Assembly (NCBI GenBank): GCA_965279375.1
Contig: OZ257156.1
Span: 2,080,001-2,144,000 of the forward strand
Source: Gemmatimonas sp.
GTDB lineage: Bacteria; Gemmatimonadota; Gemmatimonadetes; Gemmatimonadales; Gemmatimonadaceae
Direction: 5' to 3'
DNA: 64,000 nt
Position numbers and translations under genes: made by a program. The notes under the pieces were generated by a model. It saw only the letters and a program-made list of their open reading frames with translations, was not told the DNA's origin and did no database searches. Positions 57,559 to 64,000 of this stretch are shown here, in pieces (position 1 is the first letter of the stretch; every line of letters begins with the position of its first letter).

Positions 57559-58164
57559 CTAGACCTGTCCGCGCAAGATCGCGCCGACCCGAGAGCGCGT
57601 GGATGCACCCATCTTGAGAAGGACCTGTTCCGTGTGATTGCGTGCCGTGAACACGCTGACGCCCAGCTTCTCCGCGATCTCCGCATTCGAGAGCCCGAGT
57701 GCGAGCAGTCGGGCCACTTCGATCTGCCGCTCGGTGAGGCTATAGCGTGCGGTGAGTTCGTCGTCGCGTAGCGAGCCGTTCGTGTTGGCACTCAGGTCGA
57801 GCGACGCGCGGCGCAAGTGTGCGCCGATGCGTGCCATCAGTTCCACGACGCCGAACGGTTTGGTGACGTAGTCGTCGGCACCCAGCCGGAAGCCTCTCAC
57901 CTTGTCCGACTCCATTCCACGGGCACTGAGGATGAGCACGGGCGCCTGACAGCCGCGCTGACGGATCGACTCGAGCACGGTGTAGCCGTCGTTGTCCGGG
58001 AGGCCCAGGTCCAGCACGATCAGGTCCGGCGCTTCACGCAACGCGGCCTCGATTGCGGCCTGCGCCGTCGCGGCGATCGAGGCGCGATGGCCCTCGTGCT
58101 CGAGATTGCGACGGAGCCCGTTGGCAAGGTCCTGATTGTCTTCGACGATGAGTATGCGCTTCAT
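57559..58164 (-). CDS. Response regulator with an OmpR-type receiver and a LuxR-type HTH
   Basis: VLDLGLP and GADDYVTKPF receiver; LTERQIEVARLLALGLSNAEIA HTH. Confidence 0.9.
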   Translation of the reverse strand: MKRILIVEDNQDLANGLRRNLEHEGHRASIAATAQAAIEAALREAPDLIVLDLGLPDNDGYTVLESIRQRGCQAPVLILSARGMESDKVRGFRLGADDYVTKPFGVVELMARIGAHLRRASLDLSANTNGSLRDDELTARYSLTERQIEVARLLALGLSNAEIAEKLGVSVFTARNHTEQVLLKMGASTRSRVGAILRGQV

Positions 58165-58179
58165 GAATCGGGTGAGGGA

Positions 58180-58824
58180 TCAGGCAGGAAGATGCAGGCC
58201 GCTCGCGCCCGGCGCGACTGGCTGCAGGGGATCCTTGCCGATCGGAATGCCATCGCCCAAAGGCCAGGTTCCTGGCAGCTCACCCAGTTCCTTCTTGATC
58301 GGCTCACAGAGCTTCGCGCCGCCGATCTTCGCCGACCCCTGCGCCGTGACCTTTCCCGGCTTGAACGCCATGATCTTGCCGCCGTCGATGATGAGCACTG
58401 CCTGCGCGAAGTTGAGCGTCACGTCGATCAGAATCTCGAGCGAGGGCGCGGGCAGGGGCGCCGGTGTCGCGCTGGTCCGAATTTCGACGTAGGGCCTGTA
58501 GGTCCACTTGATCGGATGCTCGTACAGCACGACCTCGTGCTTCTGTCCCGCGGGATACTTCGTCAGATCAGCGTACTTTCTCACCTCGGCGCGCTTGTTC
58601 CACGCACTGAGCGCGATCTCGCGGATGCTCGTTTTGAGCGCGGTCGCCACGCACTCCACCACGGACGCAATCACCGTTGGCGACGTCGGGCCAGCCAGCA
58701 CACCCAGGAGGAGCGTGACCTGTTGTGCAATTGCGTTGACGGCATCGTCATCGAGTCGATGCTCACCGGGCTTCTTGGCGCGGACGCCAAACATCCATGC
58801 CAGCGAGTGGTCATGATGCTCCAT
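58180..58824 (-). CDS. Hypothetical protein coupled to the PASTA gene
   Basis: TGATG overlap at 58824; globular-looking 214-aa ORF with no recognised domain. Confidence 0.7.
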   Translation of the reverse strand: MEHHDHSLAWMFGVRAKKPGEHRLDDDAVNAIAQQVTLLLGVLAGPTSPTVIASVVECVATALKTSIREIALSAWNKRAEVRKYADLTKYPAGQKHEVVLYEHPIKWTYRPYVEIRTSATPAPLPAPSLEILIDVTLNFAQAVLIIDGGKIMAFKPGKVTAQGSAKIGGAKLCEPIKKELGELPGTWPLGDGIPIGKDPLQPVAPGASGLHLPA

Positions 58825-60827
58825 CAGTCCTCCATTGGACGCACGATCGGACCGTCGTGCTGGATCGAGACCTCGGGCGCTGTCGGCACGAGTGTGATCT
58901 CGTACTCGAGCAGCGACCGGTTGTCGGGGAGATCGACGCGCGGCAACTCAGGCGGTGGTTCGCGCAGCGTGACATCGATCGTCGCGGGCGGATCTCCGTT
59001 CGACGGCCCGTTATCTGGCGGCTTTGGAGTGAGGAGCCGATAGGCCGCAAACGCGACGACTGCACCGCCGGCGATCACCCAGATCCACCACATCGGACGG
59101 TCTGGGTCACGTGGGTCGAGACCCTGCGTGCGCAGCGTGACAGCGACGAGCGTGGCGGCCGCCACCAGTGTGCCGGCTGTCGGCGTCTGCGTGGCGACGA
59201 CCGAATCCTTGACGACCGTGACGCTGACAACCTCGCCGAGCGCGAGCCCGACGGTTGCGAGCAGACGACGCGCATCGGCGATCGACTGTCCCGTCAGTGA
59301 TGGCACGCGACGCTGCACTGGTGGAGGATCCCGCTGCGAGACGGTGTCGGGCGGCTGTACTCGTTCGAACCGGGTGACGGTGAGCACGACGTCAACGCCG
59401 GGCTGCACCAACTCGCCTTCGTCGGGCGACTGCGCGATCACCACTCCCGCGATCGTACTGTCCGCTGTCGCGCGCTCCACGACGTTGATGATGGGCGAGA
59501 GTTCGCCGAGCATCGCTCTGGCCGTGGCGAGTCTTTCACCCACGACATCGATCATGACTCGGGGCGTTGGCGGCGCACTGTCGGGCGCATCGGAGATGAC
59601 GATGGCAACAGGGCGTCCGAGCAGGAGCGTCGTACCGGAATCGGGCTTCTGTGCAATCACCTGATCGCGTGTGCCGGGATCTCCCGCCATGATCGATTCC
59701 AGTGACCGGAAGCCAGCATCTTGCAGCGCCCGAGCGGCCGACGCTCGCGACATTCCTACAACGAAGGGAACACGTCGGAGTGCGGGAGCGCGAGCGATCT
59801 GTATGCTGATCGCGTCTGTCTCGTGTACCGCGGCGCCAGCGCCTGGCGTTTGCGAAACCACGCGTCCCGCACGCGCCGCATCCTCGATCGTGTCCACGTG
59901 CGGCCGAGTCAGCTTTCTCCCCTGAATCGTGTCAAGCGCCTCGGTCAACGTTCGACCGACGAGCAGAGGCATGGTTTGTGTGGGTATGACGGGATGCGGT
60001 CCCTGTGACAGCCAGAGTTCGACGATCGCGCCAGAGACGGTCGGCGTGCGCGGATCCGGATGCTGTCGCGCGATGCGGCCGGCGGGTATGGAGTCGTCGT
60101 ACTCGCTCGCCACCTCTCGGCCCTGCAATCCCTGGTTAGTGAGGATCAGGGTTGCGCGCGTCATCTCCAGTCCGATCACGCGCGGCACGACCGTGGGCAC
60201 CTGCACCGACAGGGTCACCGAGGTGCCAGCGTCAACGGTGCTGAGCGGAGCGGGCGACTGATCGGTTACGACGGCACGCGCCACATCGCCACGGGTGAGC
60301 CGTGGCGTGCGCGGTGTGAGCTTCACTGAATCGAGCAGGCGCAGCGCGTCGCTCAACGTGCGACCGATGAGTAGAGGCACGCGCACCGTGGTTTGCGGCA
60401 CATACCGGTACACCCAGAGTCGTACGGTGTCCGTGCGCGGCGGCAACGGTTGCCCAGGCTGCGGCGACTGCCGGAAGACGCGCGCGTCCCGTTGCGGCGC
60501 CTGGGTGTCCTGTGTGGAAACGACGAGTGGAGAGTTCAGCAAGCTGAGAATTCGCCGCGCGCTCGCTTCGGTGCTGTCGATCAGCGAGGGCATGAGCAAA
60601 CGCTTCGCCCCGATAGAGCGCTGCTGCGCCAGCAGCGCGGAGTCCGCGAACACCGCCGCGGCCCGGATCTTCGCGCGCGCGACTGAGTCCGACGCGCCAA
60701 TCGCTGGCTTCTTCTGCACGGGCTTCTGGCCCTGCGCTGTCGTAGCCATGCTGCTCCACGACAGCGCAAAGAGCGTCCCCGCCACCATCCCGCGCCACAT
60801 TGCGACGTGGATCATTGTCGGGCCCAT
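58824..60827 (-). CDS. Membrane protein with 7 PASTA domains and no catalytic domain
   Basis: Signal peptide; seven P-x-(L/V)-x-G...A-x-x-x-L...Q-x-P-x-x-G repeats; TM WWIWVIAGGAVVAFAAY near the C-terminus. Confidence 0.88.
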   Translation of the reverse strand: MGPTMIHVAMWRGMVAGTLFALSWSSMATTAQGQKPVQKKPAIGASDSVARAKIRAAAVFADSALLAQQRSIGAKRLLMPSLIDSTEASARRILSLLNSPLVVSTQDTQAPQRDARVFRQSPQPGQPLPPRTDTVRLWVYRYVPQTTVRVPLLIGRTLSDALRLLDSVKLTPRTPRLTRGDVARAVVTDQSPAPLSTVDAGTSVTLSVQVPTVVPRVIGLEMTRATLILTNQGLQGREVASEYDDSIPAGRIARQHPDPRTPTVSGAIVELWLSQGPHPVIPTQTMPLLVGRTLTEALDTIQGRKLTRPHVDTIEDAARAGRVVSQTPGAGAAVHETDAISIQIARAPALRRVPFVVGMSRASAARALQDAGFRSLESIMAGDPGTRDQVIAQKPDSGTTLLLGRPVAIVISDAPDSAPPTPRVMIDVVGERLATARAMLGELSPIINVVERATADSTIAGVVIAQSPDEGELVQPGVDVVLTVTRFERVQPPDTVSQRDPPPVQRRVPSLTGQSIADARRLLATVGLALGEVVSVTVVKDSVVATQTPTAGTLVAAATLVAVTLRTQGLDPRDPDRPMWWIWVIAGGAVVAFAAYRLLTPKPPDNGPSNGDPPATIDVTLREPPPELPRVDLPDNRSLLEYEITLVPTAPEVSIQHDGPIVRPMED

Positions 60828-60935
60828 CGGTCAGAGGGGACTACGCTCTGCATTGCATGGCCGCACTAACGGTGCGTCGAATATTGCGTGCCCGGGTCGT
60901 ACGTCAACCGAGTAGCGAGCCCGGCCGCTCTCTCG

Positions 60936-61790
60936 CTACTTCATGCGTCGCAGCTCCTGCTCCGACACCATGAAGCCGAAGCCGGGCCATCCGCCCGACT
61001 TTACGGCGCGCTCGAACGCCGCCTTCGCCTGAACGCTGTCACCCCGCATGAGATACCAGTTGCCCAGCCCATAGCTGAGGGTGGCGATCTGCACGTCGGC
61101 TGTGTCGCCCGCTGTGAAGAGGGTCGCTGGCGTGACCTCGCCGCGGTAGAGTCTGAGGCGCGACACGTACGCGTAGCCCGGCGGTGCTGGCAATGTGTCC
61201 GGGCGGCGTGCGAGCATCGCCTTCGCTTCGGCTGCTCGCCCTGCCCGCGAGAGCGACATCCATAGCCAGTCGGTACTGCCGGCGCGTTCACCGCCATCGG
61301 GGGCTAGCGGTTGCGCCTTGGCGAACATCGCAGCGGCCGCGTCAAACTTCCCCTGCAGATGTCGCAGTACGCCAAGGTGAAACAGGATGCCGTAGTTGGT
61401 GCTGTCGAGCTGGTAGCCGCGCGTGAGATCGGACTCGGCCTTGGCGAACTCGCGTACGCTCAGATAGCGATGGCCACGCCACCGATAGAGCATCGCATCG
61501 TTGGGAGCGATTTCGAGGCCGCGCGTGAATGTGGCGATGGCTTCGCGGAACTGCCGTGCGCCGGATTGCGCGACACCCAGCGCGATGATGCGCTGGACGT
61601 TGCGCGGGTCGGCGTCGAGTGCGGCCTGCGCACGCGCGATGGGTCCCGTGTCGGCTTGCGCGCGGTACTGCACCCCCTGGGGGCTCCGATACTGCACGCT
61701 GCCTTGGGCCAAGACAGGTGTCGCGAGTATGCAGGCGACGCTGAGGGCGATCGGGAGAGCGACGGCGACGGCGGTGAGGCGGCGATGCAT
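60936..61790 (-). CDS. Secreted TPR protein
   Basis: Signal peptide (VLA-Q); TPR helices (LYRWRGHRY, FHLG, YGLGNWY). Confidence 0.85.
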   Translation of the reverse strand: MHRRLTAVAVALPIALSVACILATPVLAQGSVQYRSPQGVQYRAQADTGPIARAQAALDADPRNVQRIIALGVAQSGARQFREAIATFTRGLEIAPNDAMLYRWRGHRYLSVREFAKAESDLTRGYQLDSTNYGILFHLGVLRHLQGKFDAAAAMFAKAQPLAPDGGERAGSTDWLWMSLSRAGRAAEAKAMLARRPDTLPAPPGYAYVSRLRLYRGEVTPATLFTAGDTADVQIATLSYGLGNWYLMRGDSVQAKAAFERAVKSGGWPGFGFMVSEQELRRMK

Positions 61791-61999
61791 GGCTGCTCCG
61801 ATGAGGGCGTTGTGCGGGTCGCGCCAAGTTCCGCTCCGGGCGGCGAGGCGGCAATCCCGGGAGCCCCACCGGATATCGGTCCGATGCCGGTACACCTCGT
61901 CACCATTCCGGCAGTGGTGCGTCAGACACAAAGGGCGACCCCGGTGACCGATGCCGACACCGTGCTCGCGCCGTGCGTCAAACCCCGCCATACTAGGTC

Positions 62000-63493
62000 A
62001 TGACCCCTCCCGACACTGCGGCCCTGCTTGCGCAGTTGGATGCGGAACTCGAGTCCGACACCACGCTCGCTGCGGCTGAGCCGATTCTCGCGCTCGCTGC
62101 GAAGTACCTCACCGAGACGCGAAGCGGAGACGGTCCTGTCTCCACCTGGCACAGCGCGCAGAGCATCGTCGATCGCCTGGAGGCGGAGATCCCGCGACAG
62201 GGACGACCGCTCGCAGACGTCGCTAAACGGCTCGCGACGTTTCTGCTCGACGACTTGAACCGGTTGGCGCATCCGATGTACATCGGACATCAGGTGTCCG
62301 CGCCGCTCCCCGCCGCCGTTTGGACCGATGCGCTGATCAGCGCGTTCAATCAGTCGCTGGCCGTGCGCGAAATGTCACCGTCGTTCACGCCGCTCGAGCA
62401 TCAGGTGGTGGCGTGGTTCACCGATCTGGTGGGTTGGGACGACCACGCCGGCGGCACCATGACCTCCGGCGGCACCGAAGCGACGCTGACCGCGCTCCTC
62501 GCGGCGCGCAGTCGCGCGATTCCTAACGTCTGGCTGCACGGCATTCCCCCGCACGCACCGGTGCTCATCTGCGGCGAACATTCGCACTACGCCGTGACTC
62601 GCGCGGCCGGCGAGATGGGGTTGGGGCTGCAGCGCGTCATCACCATTCGGTCGCACGAACACCGGATGGATATCGCGCATCTGCGCGAGAAGCTCAAGCA
62701 GCTCCATTCGTCGCACATCGGCGTGATGGCGGTGGTCGCTACCGCAGGATGCACGGCCACCGGCAGCTTCGACGATCTCGACGCGATCGCTGACGCGTGT
62801 CACGAGTTCAAGGACGCGCACGGCGACATCTGGCTGCACGTCGATGCGGCGCACGGTGGCGCGGCGATGATGTCCGAGGTGCACAAGCATCGCGTGAAGG
62901 GACTCGCACGCGCCCGATCCATCGCGTGGGATCCGCACAAGACGCTGCTGCTGCCACTGGCCGCGGGACTGCTGCTCATGCGTGACGAGAAGGAACTCGA
63001 AGCGGCCTTCTCGCAACAGGCGCCCTATCTCTTCACGCAGACCGACGAAGCGCGCGCCTGGGACACCGGCAAGCGCAGCATGCAGTGTTCGCGTCGAGCC
63101 GATGTGCTCAAGCTCTACGTGGCCATCGAGCGCTACGGGGCGGACGCACTCGCTGCGCTGTACGATCGCCTGTGCGCAATGGCGAAGGTCCTGCACGACC
63201 TGCTGGCGGCGCATTCGGACTTCATGCCGCTGCACGAGCCGGAGTCCAACATCCTGTGTTTCGCGTGGACGCCCAAGGACGTCCCCGAGTCCAAGCGAGA
63301 CGACCTCACCGACGCACTGCGCGAACGCTACAACCGCTCGGGACGTGGCTTCATCACGAGCACCACACTCGGCAAGCATCGCGTGTTGCGTATCACGGTG
63401 ATGAACGCGCGTACCAACGCGTCACACATGCAAAAGCTGGTCGACGGACTCGTCGCCGAAGGGCGCGCCGTCCTGCAGCACGAAGGCTACTGA
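62000..63493 (+). CDS. Group II PLP-dependent decarboxylase (Ddc/DAB-decarboxylase-like)
   Basis: HPMYIGHQ, SGGTEA, HSHY, HVDAAHGG and DPHK (PLP lysine) motifs. Confidence 0.92.
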   Translation: MTPPDTAALLAQLDAELESDTTLAAAEPILALAAKYLTETRSGDGPVSTWHSAQSIVDRLEAEIPRQGRPLADVAKRLATFLLDDLNRLAHPMYIGHQVSAPLPAAVWTDALISAFNQSLAVREMSPSFTPLEHQVVAWFTDLVGWDDHAGGTMTSGGTEATLTALLAARSRAIPNVWLHGIPPHAPVLICGEHSHYAVTRAAGEMGLGLQRVITIRSHEHRMDIAHLREKLKQLHSSHIGVMAVVATAGCTATGSFDDLDAIADACHEFKDAHGDIWLHVDAAHGGAAMMSEVHKHRVKGLARARSIAWDPHKTLLLPLAAGLLLMRDEKELEAAFSQQAPYLFTQTDEARAWDTGKRSMQCSRRADVLKLYVAIERYGADALAALYDRLCAMAKVLHDLLAAHSDFMPLHEPESNILCFAWTPKDVPESKRDDLTDALRERYNRSGRGFITSTTLGKHRVLRITVMNARTNASHMQKLVDGLVAEGRAVLQHEGY

Positions 63494-63512
63494 CCGCGTG
63501 ACTTAGCGGCGT

Positions 63513-64000
63513 TCAGGAAAGCCCGGCGCGTACCACGCGCGCCGTCACTGACAGCTGCCCGATGTGTCGCATGCCGTGCTCGGCGCCGTGTACGAGGCAA
63601 CCGATCACAGTGGATGGGAGTTGTTTGCGCCCGACGCCGCGAAACTCTCCAAGGATGCGCACGTCTATACGTCGCAGTTCGTCGAGCGCTTCGTCGACGC
63701 GTTTGTCCAGCGCGTTCAGCGCTCGCGTGATGCCCGCGGCATCGACCGGTTCTCGCTCGGCACGCAATGCGGCGAACTGTGCTTCGGAGAGCGCCTCACC
63801 GCGCGCATAGGCAAAGAGACGGTCCACCACACCGGTGATGTGCTGGATGTGAAAGGCCACCGATGCCACGCCGGCGGGCGTGGCGTTCCACTGCGCCGCA
63901 TCCAACGACTCGGTGAGTTCGTGCGCACTCTCCCGCACCTGCAGCAGGATGTGCGCGACCGGTTGCAGTACGTCAGGAACGCCATCGATCGGGCCGCGCT
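63513..64000 (-). CDS. DinB family protein (5' end lies outside the window)
   Basis: RGPIDGVPDVLQPVAH, SVAFHIQH, GRKQLPSTV and HGAEHGMRH motifs. Confidence 0.88.
   Translation of the reverse strand, partial: RGPIDGVPDVLQPVAHILLQVRESAHELTESLDAAQWNATPAGVASVAFHIQHITGVVDRLFAYARGEALSEAQFAALRAEREPVDAAGITRALNALDKRVDEALDELRRIDVRILGEFRGVGRKQLPSTVIGCLVHGAEHGMRHIGQLSVTARVVRAGLS

Noticed and set aside
61791..61999. Possible riboswitch or ncRNA in the divergent gap
   Set aside because: No known aptamer motif recognised; only weak GC-rich pairing

Overview
High-GC bacterial chromosome segment with about 45 protein-coding genes. The gene repertoire suggests Gemmatimonadota; this is an inference. No rRNA, tRNA, CRISPR array, transposase or prophage was recognised. 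Left to right: a TonB receptor and lipoprotein; a GMC oxidoreductase operon; a secreted tandem gamma-carbonic-anhydrase-like protein; a membrane-fused spermidine-synthase-like protein; a maltodextrin cluster (SSS symporter, malQ, MFS, GH13); a ThuA/GSDH fusion; divergent glgA and glgC; an M1 peptidase; HU; a VPS10/BNR protein; a four-gene two-component cassette; a DUF5916-like protein; a six-gene cluster (FHA, Ser/Thr kinase with an RCC1 propeller, two Ig-repeat lipoproteins, TPR, GSDH); an S9 peptidase; an amidohydrolase; a kinase-less 7-PASTA protein locus with a partner gene, response regulator and two kinases; a TPR protein; a PLP decarboxylase; and a partial DinB gene. The three best candidates for undescribed systems are the FHA/kinase/Ig-rod trans-envelope cluster (37.8-49.5 kb), the gamma-CA whose zinc ligands appear split between its two domains (7.2-8.4 kb), and the PASTA locus (54-60.8 kb). 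Non-coding signals include 12-bp tandem repeats at gene junctions, an inverted-repeat element at 18.8-19.0 kb, a probable response-regulator box and several leaderless-type promoters. All family calls come from motifs read by eye; no searches were run.
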